Part shown: one piece after another, positions 45,145 through 53,230 of the stretch
Layout: every line of letters starts with the position of its first letter
Position numbering within the stretch: the first letter of the stretch is position 1
Assembly (NCBI GenBank): GCA_017510705.1
Contig: JAFWMO010000010.1
Location: 8,678 to 72,677, forward strand
Source: Candidatus Saccharimonadota bacterium
GTDB taxonomy: Bacteria; Patescibacteriota; Saccharimonadia; Saccharimonadales; Saccharimonadaceae
Direction: 5' to 3'
Length of the DNA: 64,000 bases
The notes under the pieces: model-generated
What the model was told of the DNA's origin: nothing
Seen by the model: only the letters and a program-made list of their open reading frames with translations
The model's database searches: none
Program-made: the position numbers and the translations under genes

Positions 45145-45957
45145 ATGAGTAATTTTTTTACACCTGATGATCCGCTGGACGAGATCATAAAAAAGACATT
45201 TCCTGACAAAAAAATTGAGAAAACCGAACATATTTTGACTGGGTGGACAAATATTGTGATTGAAGTCACCACGGATAAGGGTGCTTATTTTTTTCGCTTC
45301 CCTCGCAACCAGTTTTGGTCTAAGATGATCGTAAAGGATGCTACGGTCTGTAATTTTGTAGATGGCAAGACTAGCTTTTATACACCGCAAATGAAACTTT
45401 ATTACGACGACAAAAAACGACCATTTTCTGTGCACCAAAAAATAGAAGGTTATACTCTGGGCGATAGAATTTATCATTTGTCTCATACTGCCATCACCGG
45501 TGTGGCTTATGATATTGCAAAGTTTATCAAGGAGCTTTCTAGCATAGATCTTTCTAAGGCGCCAGAAAAAGTAAAATACCCTTTGTCTGATTTTTTGCAC
45601 GAACTAGATTACGAACATTACGACAAGCATATTGATAAGGACCACGAATATATAAAAAAGACCGAAATGGACCGGCTGGTGCATGGCGATTTGAACCTCG
45701 GTAATATTTTGCTAGATGAGAATGACAAAGTAATTGGCGTAATAGATTTTTGTTTTGCGGGTACTGGCAACCCAAATATGGATGTGGCGAGAATTATTTC
45801 TAGGCCAGCACCAAAAGAGTTTGAGGAAGCATTTTTGGCGCAGTTTTCGGATACGGAAGAAATTGAACGGATGAAAACTGCGTGGAATCATATTGATGCA
45901 GGATATGCAGACCATATTCGTGCACATTTCCCAGAGATTAATTTGAATCAGTTGTAA
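45145..45957 (+). CDS. aminoglycoside/choline kinase family phosphotransferase (APH fold)
   Basis: LVHGDLNLGNILLDENDKVIGVIDF catalytic loop and DFG-like motif. Confidence 0.7.
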   Translation: MSNFFTPDDPLDEIIKKTFPDKKIEKTEHILTGWTNIVIEVTTDKGAYFFRFPRNQFWSKMIVKDATVCNFVDGKTSFYTPQMKLYYDDKKRPFSVHQKIEGYTLGDRIYHLSHTAITGVAYDIAKFIKELSSIDLSKAPEKVKYPLSDFLHELDYEHYDKHIDKDHEYIKKTEMDRLVHGDLNLGNILLDENDKVIGVIDFCFAGTGNPNMDVARIISRPAPKEFEEAFLAQFSDTEEIERMKTAWNHIDAGYADHIRAHFPEINLNQL

Positions 45958-45996
45958 AAGATCAAAAGAAGTGCTATAATAGAAACATATTCGGGG

Positions 45997-46037
45997 ATTT
46001 CCCGCACCCTAGTCGTTAGGCTAGGGGAAATTTTTTT
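45997..46037 (+). terminator. intrinsic terminator between convergent genes
   Basis: CCCTAG/CTAGGG stem extended by TTTC/GAAA, followed by T7. Confidence 0.7.
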
Positions 46038-46045
46038 GTAGAGTT

Positions 46046-46459
46046 TTAAAAATATAGTCTTCGGAAACCTTTTTTGACTTTTTGCATGTCATCTTCGGCG
46101 ATTTGCCCTAAACGACTATAAAGTCTAGCTGTACTAAAAGTTCTTGCCTGCGATAGGACTGCGCAAATATCTTTCTCTTGAAATCTAAAACCCACGTACC
46201 AAGCCCCGTCATGTTTTTGCGTTGACAATGGAATGCCTAAGAAACCAAGATGTGTTAGTTTTTTATAAATCAACACTGGTCGTGAAAAATATTTACTTTT
46301 GCCGTTTATTTCTACGCCAACATTTTCGCCTACTGCTACCCACCAAATTTCGCCATCAGTAATCTTTGGTATTTTATTCGTGCTAATATTATGCTTGCGC
46401 TCTTTTACCGGAAACCACATTTCCAAATTTTTATGTTTGTCTTCAAACTCTTTGTCCAT
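46046..46459 (-). CDS. PemK/MazF-like toxin family protein, no adjacent antitoxin ORF
   Basis: GEIWWVAVGENVGVEINGKSKYFSRPVLIYKK and LSQARTFSTARL resemble the MazF/PemK fold pattern. Confidence 0.5.
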   Translation of the reverse strand: MDKEFEDKHKNLEMWFPVKERKHNISTNKIPKITDGEIWWVAVGENVGVEINGKSKYFSRPVLIYKKLTHLGFLGIPLSTQKHDGAWYVGFRFQEKDICAVLSQARTFSTARLYSRLGQIAEDDMQKVKKGFRRLYF

Positions 46460-46554
46460 AAAACTCCTTTTTGATTAAATTTTATGTGGAATTATAGGCA
46501 CAATGTGGTAAAAAATACAACCCCCTACCCCGAAAATAAGCTTAGGCGGAATAA

Positions 46555-48111
46555 CTATTTAGCGATGCAACGGACGGAGCGACCGTAGGTACGGTAGTAA
46601 CTATATTGTGGAAAGATATCGCTAGTATTCATACGAAGACCATACATGTTGTTGCTATTGTAACGTGTAGATGACCAAAAGTAGCCGAAAGATCCCCTAT
46701 AAAGTACCGTATCATTGAGGAAGTAACCCGAAAGAGGAAAACGACCGGCGTTACGAAAATTAGTATAAGCTGGATTGCCAGCAATGTCGCCAGTAGCACC
46801 AGAAATGGCATTAGCCAGTTTCTGGTATTCACCGCCACCCTTATTGGTGCCAGAATTCGCAATGGCCCCGCCAGTAGGCATACGCCAGCCAAATGGGCAA
46901 ACATCTTCGTCGGCATCTATGGCGGAGCTAGGGCTATCATAATTAGTACCAGATTCTGTCCCGTCGCCATAGCAATATGAGCCAGCACTAGCAGCACAAT
47001 AATTATAGTATCCACCCGCTTTCCATTGGCCGATATTGTCTAAGCCACCACCATTGGAGCCGGTGTAGATGTAATTCTTATTGGACACATTGATAAGAGG
47101 CGCAGAGTAACTAGTAGAACCATTCCAGTTGGTAGAGACTGCAGCTGTGGCATATTTGCCACTAGCATCTGTAGCCGGGTCACGTGGCGGGGTAGTACCA
47201 AATAAGTATCCAAGTGAAGTATCTGTGGCATTAGTATTGGTACTGTCCATAATGGATTGGACATTGGAATTGGTGAGGTCTATGGCTAAGTTGTCTAGTA
47301 ACCAGCAGCGGTTGTCTGCTAATTTGCCTACGTTGTAGACGGCTTCGTCGCGAGTATCAATGAGTTTGATGATAGGAGTTTCGCCATTCAAGCGCGTTAC
47401 GGAATTACAAATAGACGTACTCATGTCTTGCATTTTGTAATAGCCCTTGAATTTTGTAACACCTTGCACCGCGCTAAAAGCGTCGTGAAAAGAAACTGGA
47501 GCGGGATTGGCGACGACTGCAAAATTAATTGTATTAGTGTACTCACCCGGGTCAATATCATCACTGGCCTTGGCGGCAATACGAAAATTAAGCCCTGTGA
47601 GAACGGCAGAATCTACGGAAAAGATGGGATTAAGAGTATTGGTAAGACCATTATAATTAGACCACGCACCTGGATCGCCAGCTTTTTCGGTGCTAGTGCC
47701 ATTGCCAGCAAAAGTGCTAGCTTTGATACTATATCCCCAAGTGTCATCCGTGATTAATGTGCCCAGGTCTGCGTCTGCGGCAATACTAGAAAATTTTGAA
47801 GTAGTGCCAGTCTGGGTGAGATCCGAGGTAGTGCTACTAGTGGATGCAGAGACAACATACCCAGAGACATTGTTGCTTTCCACATTAAGAGTTACAATGT
47901 TGCTACTACGAGTGGCACCTGGAGTGATATCGTGAATATAAATATCATTGCTGGAAAGTGTGGCGGTGAGGGTGGGATTTAATGTGAACTGAATTTCTAC
48001 ATCAGCAGAGCCACTTTCGCCAGTTGCTCTAGCCTCATTAATATACACACTACTACATAACGTAGGAAAAAGTAGTAGTGTGCATATTGATAGGGCTAGT
48101 CTACGCTTCAT
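46555..48111 (-). CDS. secreted protein with C-terminal Fibrobacter-succinogenes-paralogous (FISUMP, TIGR02145-like) domain
   Basis: Signal peptide, and a C-terminal region with CWLLDNL, FGWRMPT, GYFWSST and GRSVRCI motifs. Confidence 0.65.
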   Translation of the reverse strand: MKRRLALSICTLLLFPTLCSSVYINEARATGESGSADVEIQFTLNPTLTATLSSNDIYIHDITPGATRSSNIVTLNVESNNVSGYVVSASTSSTTSDLTQTGTTSKFSSIAADADLGTLITDDTWGYSIKASTFAGNGTSTEKAGDPGAWSNYNGLTNTLNPIFSVDSAVLTGLNFRIAAKASDDIDPGEYTNTINFAVVANPAPVSFHDAFSAVQGVTKFKGYYKMQDMSTSICNSVTRLNGETPIIKLIDTRDEAVYNVGKLADNRCWLLDNLAIDLTNSNVQSIMDSTNTNATDTSLGYLFGTTPPRDPATDASGKYATAAVSTNWNGSTSYSAPLINVSNKNYIYTGSNGGGLDNIGQWKAGGYYNYCAASAGSYCYGDGTESGTNYDSPSSAIDADEDVCPFGWRMPTGGAIANSGTNKGGGEYQKLANAISGATGDIAGNPAYTNFRNAGRFPLSGYFLNDTVLYRGSFGYFWSSTRYNSNNMYGLRMNTSDIFPQYSYYRTYGRSVRCIAK

Positions 48112-48269
48112 TTCACCACCTTGTTAGTTTGATATTGGCGGCGCCTCAATAAAAATCGACACCGTGCGGGTGTCTTAAACCATTTATCGTCACTGCATAC
48201 ATAAGTACTTAGTGCGGCACGGTGCCGATTTACAAGTACTTATTTATAAAAAAGTGCAGTGATATTATA
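48112..48269 (-). promoter_or_regulatory. structured 5' leader with aptamer-like domain, terminator and competing antiterminator (riboswitch or attenuator candidate)
   Basis: -10 TATAAT (reverse complement of 48264..48269). P1 CACUGCA/UGCAGUG. Paired AAGUACUU copies. Terminator GACACC/GGUGUC followed by UUUUU (48148..48174). A 15-bp alternative pairing links 48214..48231 with 48153..48170. Confidence 0.55.
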
Positions 48270-48306
48270 AATGATTTAAGACATTTTAATTGTATCACGC
48301 TGATGA

Positions 48307-49107
48307 TTAAATAGTCAAGAGATATTCAATCTTGGCGTTGCGACGAGCGTCGTCGTCTGCTTTTGGCAAATCTTCCCTACTGGAATAATCTTCAAAGATT
48401 GGAAGGACGTTTTTGATCTCACCGTCATAAATTGGTGGCTTGTCGTAAACGCTCCAGAGGATAATGCGGAGACTTGGTGCGTTTTTGGCATAAAATTCTA
48501 GAGCTTTGGAAGTGGCACGGATAAACTCCTGCTCGGTTTCTCTAGAATGGCGCCAAGCGCGGCCAGAAAGATATTTTTCGGTGACTACTGGAGAAATCGC
48601 AATCATCAAAATTGTTGCTTCGTAATTCCCTGCTATGAGTAGCTCTAGCAAGATGCCTTCCATTTCTGGATCTAGAAGCGTAACATCTAGGACAATGTCA
48701 TATCCACCTTTGATGAGCTCGGACAAAGTAAGAAATAGCATGATGGTGCTAAACTCGTCTGTCATTTTGCGAAGGTTTTCGTCGCCGTAGTAATCTTTGA
48801 TTTCTTGGTAGTGCGGGTGATATTCCACAAAGCGACGTGCAGCCATTAGAATCGGCTCAAAATTATTTTTTTCACAGTAGGCTTCTACGGCTGGGAGAAT
48901 TTGAGTAGTCTTGCCAGAGCCAGAGAGCCCTGCGATACGGATAAAACGGTGGTTTTTGGTGGCGGCAATCGTAAAATCTTCTACCACCTTTTTGAGAATG
49001 GCTGGATATTCGGCAAGCCCAACTTGCCACTCTGGCTTGACCTCGCTTGGCCAGTGAGCTCGCATATATTCTATAACTTTGACTAACCGTGGATCACTTT
49101 GAGACAT
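48307..49107 (-). CDS. zeta-toxin-like P-loop kinase family protein
   Basis: IAGLSGSGKTT Walker A; size and pattern resemble the zeta toxin / AAA kinase fold. This is weak. Confidence 0.4.
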   Translation of the reverse strand: MSQSDPRLVKVIEYMRAHWPSEVKPEWQVGLAEYPAILKKVVEDFTIAATKNHRFIRIAGLSGSGKTTQILPAVEAYCEKNNFEPILMAARRFVEYHPHYQEIKDYYGDENLRKMTDEFSTIMLFLTLSELIKGGYDIVLDVTLLDPEMEGILLELLIAGNYEATILMIAISPVVTEKYLSGRAWRHSRETEQEFIRATSKALEFYAKNAPSLRIILWSVYDKPPIYDGEIKNVLPIFEDYSSREDLPKADDDARRNAKIEYLLTI

Positions 49108-50060
49108 TTGTCACCTTTTTTAATTTCAATAGTTTTGATATTTTTAAACACTCTGTACTCACCTTCGGCCTGGAGCTCTACTGTGGCGGGCTTTAAAAAT
49201 TCTAACTTGTCGCCAGTGGTTTCTTCTCCTGGCGTACGGACAAAAATCGCTTTTACCATTAGTACGAATAGTCTTGGAAAACTGGTGAGTTTGCGATTCA
49301 TACTGCGAAAAATTTTTGGTTTCAAATAATCATCTCCACCTTTCATCACACGACACATGGACTTGCCGGAAAGCGCGCAATAATCGCTGGCCTTTTTTTC
49401 TGCAGGCTTGCCATTAATGGTAAATGGTGGGATAAAAACTTTTTTGTGGCGGTTTTTGAAATACCATTTTGAAAGAGCAAGATAAGAGCGCCAGGAAGAT
49501 TTGGAACCTTTTTGCATTTTTTTTCTGAATTTTGGCTCATCAAAAATCTCACAGACTTCGGCGGTCATGCCGATGGTCATGTAGCAGGACGCATAGCGGA
49601 AAAACTTGCCATCCACATAAATCTCGAGAGGATATAACCTCTGGACGGGGCCTGCCACACATTTTCCCCCAAATCCGCAGGTCCCAGGGTCCCCCTTATG
49701 TGTGTCACCCGTCCATGTTTCTATTATCTTGAAAAGTTTATCTGTACTCATCGTTCCGAGAGTGCGGGCGAGGTCGTTGAAATTGCCGTATGGGAGGACA
49801 GCAAGTGTGGCGTCTTTGCCAGATTTCAAAATACCATTGGATGCGATAATGCCAGTAGCATCACCGCCGGCAGAAAGCACCAAATCACCATCTTTTAGGA
49901 GCTTGGCAAACTTGGCGGCGTTTTTGTCTACGTCGGTAGGCTCAACTTCGTATTTGCCAATGATAAAACCCTTTAATTCCCTGGCTTTTGACAGAACTTC
50001 TTTTTCTACATCAACAAAACGAGACGAGCGGGGATTGTAAACAATGAGAAGACGGCGCAT
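49083..50060 (-). CDS. diacylglycerol/lipid kinase family protein (DAGK_cat, YegS-like)
   Basis: LLIVYNPRSS start, and the motifs LSAGGDATG and LPYGNFNDLARTLG. Confidence 0.65.
   Translation of the reverse strand: MRRLLIVYNPRSSRFVDVEKEVLSKARELKGFIIGKYEVEPTDVDKNAAKFAKLLKDGDLVLSAGGDATGIIASNGILKSGKDATLAVLPYGNFNDLARTLGTMSTDKLFKIIETWTGDTHKGDPGTCGFGGKCVAGPVQRLYPLEIYVDGKFFRYASCYMTIGMTAEVCEIFDEPKFRKKMQKGSKSSWRSYLALSKWYFKNRHKKVFIPPFTINGKPAEKKASDYCALSGKSMCRVMKGGDDYLKPKIFRSMNRKLTSFPRLFVLMVKAIFVRTPGEETTGDKLEFLKPATVELQAEGEYRVFKNIKTIEIKKGDKCLKVIHG
49643..49714. repeat. GC-rich palindromic element inserted in frame in the lipid kinase gene (family member D)
   Basis: Arms GGACGGGGCCTGCCACACAT and ATGTGTGTCACCCGTCC. 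72 nt equals 24 codons. The terminal motif GACGGGGCCTGCC resembles GGCGGGGCCTGGC of the polA element. Confidence 0.6.
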
Positions 50061-50068
50061 GAGATGTC

Positions 50069-50449
50069 CTATGATGATGGGTTATATGCAGGCAAAAGCC
50101 ATTTGAGAATAGCGTAAAGCACAACATAGGCAGCAACACCAATGACGATTTCTAGCATGCGACGCTTGGCTTTGCGAGTTTGCTCCTCGCTGCCACCAGC
50201 GGTGAGATATTGAATACCAACGATAGTGATGCCAATAGCGGCAAGGATACCGACACCAACGGTGAGGATGTCAACAACAGTTGTAAGAATATCAGTAATT
50301 GAACTGCCTTTACCGTCATCACATACACAGCCATCTTTGCCTAATATTGCTGTCTGTACGCAACCTTCTGGGCATTCAGCAAAAACTGGAGCAGCCATCA
50401 TAAACCCGCCCATAATAACTGCGATAAGTGATAACAAAAGTTTTTTCAT
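50069..50449 (-). CDS. small cysteine-rich secreted/membrane protein, TrbC/VirB2-pilin-like topology (tentative)
   Basis: Signal peptide, the CPEGC..CVC cluster, two hydrophobic helices separated by GGSEEQTRKAKRR; GGAGG SD. Confidence 0.4.
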   Translation of the reverse strand: MKKLLLSLIAVIMGGFMMAAPVFAECPEGCVQTAILGKDGCVCDDGKGSSITDILTTVVDILTVGVGILAAIGITIVGIQYLTAGGSEEQTRKAKRRMLEIVIGVAAYVVLYAILKWLLPAYNPSS

Positions 50450-50457
50450 ATACCTCC

Positions 50458-51432
50458 TTACCTTAGATATTCGTGTAGTTTTTTGGTGTCTTTGTTTTTG
50501 CGAAGTTTAGAAAGGGCTTTGGCTTCAATCTGACGGATACGCTCACGAGTAACATCAAATTCGTTGCCAACTTCTTCTAGAGTGTGCGGACGACCACCGC
50601 CGATGCCAAAGCGAAGGCGGATGATTTTTTGTTCCCTTTCGGTGAGAGTGGCAATAATTTCGGACAATTGTTCCTTCAAAATTTGGTTTGCGGCGGAATC
50701 TTCTGGGGAGTCGCGCTCCTCGTCTTCTACGAAATCACCAAGCACGGAATCCTCGTCGTCGCCCTCGCGACCAACAGAAGCATCTAACGAGGCGATATCT
50801 TGTTTGATGCGCATCACATAATCCACCTTTTCTGGCTCCATGTCGAGTTCCTTGGCGATTTCTTCGTTGGTAGGCTCACGGTTTAATTCTGAGGTGAGTT
50901 TGCGAGTAGTACGAAGGACTTTGTTGATGGTTTCTACCATATGCACTGGAATACGAATGGTGCGGGCTTGATCTGCAATAGCACGAGTAATAGCTTGGCG
51001 AACCCACCAAGTAGCATAAGTAGAAAACTTAAAACCTTTGGCTGGATCAAATTTTTCTACGGCGCGGAGGAGACCGGTGTTTCCCTCTTGGATAAGATCA
51101 AGAAAATCTAGACCGCGGCCACCATAACGCTTGGCGATAGAAACCACAAGACGCATGTTTGACTCTACCATTTTGTCTTTGGCTTTTTTGTCACCCTTTA
51201 CGATACGCTGAGCGAGATCGGCTTCTTCTTCTGGGGTAAGAAGTGGGATTTTGCCAATTTCGCGAAGGTATAATCTAACTGAATCATCTGCAAAAGCATC
51301 AACGTTTTCGGCGGTGATGGCAAGCTCTTCGTCCGAAAGCTCTTCTTCGCTTTCAAGGTCGTCTGTGCCAGGTTCGTCAAAATCAAAATTCAAGTCTTTT
51401 GCATTCAAAATATCATCATCTTTCAAGCTCAT
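50458..51432 (-). CDS. rpoD: RNA polymerase sigma-70 factor
   Basis: Regions 1.2 to 4.2 are present ([49 protein letters not shown]). The start is set at ATG 51432, directly behind the promoter. Confidence 0.9.
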   Translation of the reverse strand: MSLKDDDILNAKDLNFDFDEPGTDDLESEEELSDEELAITAENVDAFADDSVRLYLREIGKIPLLTPEEEADLAQRIVKGDKKAKDKMVESNMRLVVSIAKRYGGRGLDFLDLIQEGNTGLLRAVEKFDPAKGFKFSTYATWWVRQAITRAIADQARTIRIPVHMVETINKVLRTTRKLTSELNREPTNEEIAKELDMEPEKVDYVMRIKQDIASLDASVGREGDDEDSVLGDFVEDEERDSPEDSAANQILKEQLSEIIATLTEREQKIIRLRFGIGGGRPHTLEEVGNEFDVTRERIRQIEAKALSKLRKNKDTKKLHEYLR

Positions 51433-51440
51433 TAATGTAG

Positions 51441-51469
51441 AGTATAGACTAAAAATAGAAATTTTGCAA
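51441..51469 (-). promoter_or_regulatory. rpoD promoter TTGCAA-17-TATACT, 8 nt upstream of the ATG
   Basis: The reverse complement reads TTGCAA, then 17 nt, then TATACT, then CTACATTA, then ATG. Confidence 0.6.
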
Positions 51470-51470
51470 G

Positions 51471-51587
51471 AGCGGACTAACGCGCCCGTCTTGGGCTGCG
51501 TCGCCTCGGCCCGTCGCCACGGGCGAGGCGCGCTCATCCTCGCCTTGCCAGGCTCCGGAGGCCCTGCGACGGGGCGTTAGCTCCGCT
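51471..51587. repeat. GC-rich palindromic element (family member B) between dnaG and rpoD; provides the dnaG stop codon
   Basis: 20-nt terminal inverted repeats AGCGGACTAACGCGCCCGTC and GACGGGGCGTTAGCTCCGCT. Internal hairpin CGCCTCGGCCCGT/ACGGGCGAGGCG. The 25-mer is shared with the polA element. Confidence 0.75.
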
Positions 51588-53211
51588 GTAAATCATAGAT
51601 TTTTTTCATGATTTCTTCGTATTCTTCACTTTCTTCATCAAGTTTAGAAAGTTGCTCGTTTAAGGCGGAGATTTGTTGTTTTTTGGATTCCCTATCATAT
51701 AGAGCTAGGAGGTCGGAGGCTTCCTTTTCGTAATCTGTGTCTTTGATATTTTCGTGATCGCGATTGAATACCAATTCTAGCTCATCCAATTTAGCATCAT
51801 CTTCTGGCGGCTCAAAAGGAATTTTAGTTTTGGTGACACCGCCAAAAATCTTGAGGGCCAAGAGACTGTCTTCGTATTTTTTGAGTTTATCGGATTTTAA
51901 TTCGGTTTTTGGCTTTTTGAGATAACGGTGTGAGACGGCCTGTTCTAGTTTTTTGTTCAGCCTCTCACCTTTTTCGCGCAAAATTTCTACTTCTACATCT
52001 AGTTTTTTAGCGACTTTTTTCTCGTAACTAGCGCGTTCTATTTCGTCGTTTACGAAGCTGAGGAGCTTTAAAGCAACGTCGGAATATTGTTTTTTGCCGG
52101 TAGCAGTGCGAAGATCTAGATTTTCTTCGTATTTGTTTAAAAGCCAATCCACCGCCGGCACGCGCTCTTCTACGGCCTGTTTCCAGAGATTTGGATCTTT
52201 CTGGATGAGCTCGTCTGGATCTTTGGCGCCATGGTAATTGGAAATTACAGAAAGATTAATACCGAGGTCGCCAGCAAGCATAATGGCGCGTTCGGTGGCT
52301 TTGACTCCAGCTTCGTCTCCATCATAGGCAAGACGAATATCACTAGTAAGATTGGACAAAATTTTGAGGTGTTGATCTGTCATGGCGGTACCAGAAGTAG
52401 CTACGGCCTCTCTGACGCCAGCTTGGTGAGACGATATAACATCCATATTGCCTTCTACAATCACGACAAAACCATTTCTGCGAATGGACTCCTTGGCGTT
52501 GCAAAGGCCAAAAATAAAACGAGATTTGTTGAATAAAATCGTATCGGAAGTGTTGAGATATTTTGGCTCACCCTTGCCAATAATACGCGCGGTAAAGCCG
52601 ATAATATCGCCACCAGTATCAACAAACGGAACCGTCATGCGATCACGAAACATATCGTTGTCGTAGGCACTTAAAAGGCCGGCGGTTTTTAATTCTTCTT
52701 TTGTAAAGCCGCGTTTTTTTAAGGCTTCGTAGAGCATCTTTCCCTGCCCGGGGGCATAGCCAATTTTGAATTCAGAAACAGCCCAGCGATTGAGATTGCG
52801 TTTATAAAAAACGTATTCACAAACAGTTTTATTACGGACAAGACAAGCTTGATAATATTTGGTAGCGAGGGCTAAAGCTTCCTTGGCACGAGCTTTTTTC
52901 TTGGCAACATTAGGATCGCCACCGCGATATTTGGTAATATCTACACCGGCACGAGCGGCAAGTTTTTCTAAAGCCTCTTTAAAACTAATCCCTTCTACTT
53001 CCATAAGGAAGGTAAAAATATCACCGCCTTTGCCGGCGGAAAAATCATGCCAAATGCCCTTTTCGGGAGAAACCATGAAACTTGGGGTTTTGTCTACACC
53101 CCAAGGAGAACGGCCTTTGAGATTTCGGCCTGCACGTTTTAGCTCCACATACTGCCCCACTACATCTTCCACCGCCAGTCTGGATTTGATTTCCTCCTTC
53201 AGATCGTACAT
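51577..53211 (-). CDS. dnaG: DNA primase
   Basis: DKTPSFMVSPEKGIWHDFSAGKGGDIFTF zinc-binding-domain homolog without Cys/His ligands; TOPRIM domain (IVEGNMDVIS, YDGDEAG). Confidence 0.85.
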   Translation of the reverse strand: MYDLKEEIKSRLAVEDVVGQYVELKRAGRNLKGRSPWGVDKTPSFMVSPEKGIWHDFSAGKGGDIFTFLMEVEGISFKEALEKLAARAGVDITKYRGGDPNVAKKKARAKEALALATKYYQACLVRNKTVCEYVFYKRNLNRWAVSEFKIGYAPGQGKMLYEALKKRGFTKEELKTAGLLSAYDNDMFRDRMTVPFVDTGGDIIGFTARIIGKGEPKYLNTSDTILFNKSRFIFGLCNAKESIRRNGFVVIVEGNMDVISSHQAGVREAVATSGTAMTDQHLKILSNLTSDIRLAYDGDEAGVKATERAIMLAGDLGINLSVISNYHGAKDPDELIQKDPNLWKQAVEERVPAVDWLLNKYEENLDLRTATGKKQYSDVALKLLSFVNDEIERASYEKKVAKKLDVEVEILREKGERLNKKLEQAVSHRYLKKPKTELKSDKLKKYEDSLLALKIFGGVTKTKIPFEPPEDDAKLDELELVFNRDHENIKDTDYEKEASDLLALYDRESKKQQISALNEQLSKLDEESEEYEEIMKKIYDLQRS

Positions 53212-53213
53212 TA

Positions 53214-53229
53214 TGCTATAATTATAGCA
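53214..53229. promoter_or_regulatory. perfect 16-bp palindrome TGCTATAATTATAGCA, two overlapping divergent extended -10 boxes
   Basis: TGCTATAAT reads on both strands. ATG 53231 (+) lies 8 nt away and ATG 53211 (-) lies 9 nt away. Confidence 0.65.
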
Positions 53230-53230
53230 T

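Noticed and set aside
45129-45272. Longer version of the kinase-like ORF (start 45272) and the 159-aa ORF 45121..45600
   Set aside because: They are antisense to the well-supported APH-like gene. The conserved P-loop protein starts naturally at ATG 45128, behind TGCTACAAT.
51433-51537. N-terminal 35-aa extension of rpoD ([14 protein letters not shown]...)
   Set aside because: The extension is a translation of the GC-rich palindromic element and lies upstream of a good TTGCAA-17-TATACT promoter. The real start fits ATG 51432.
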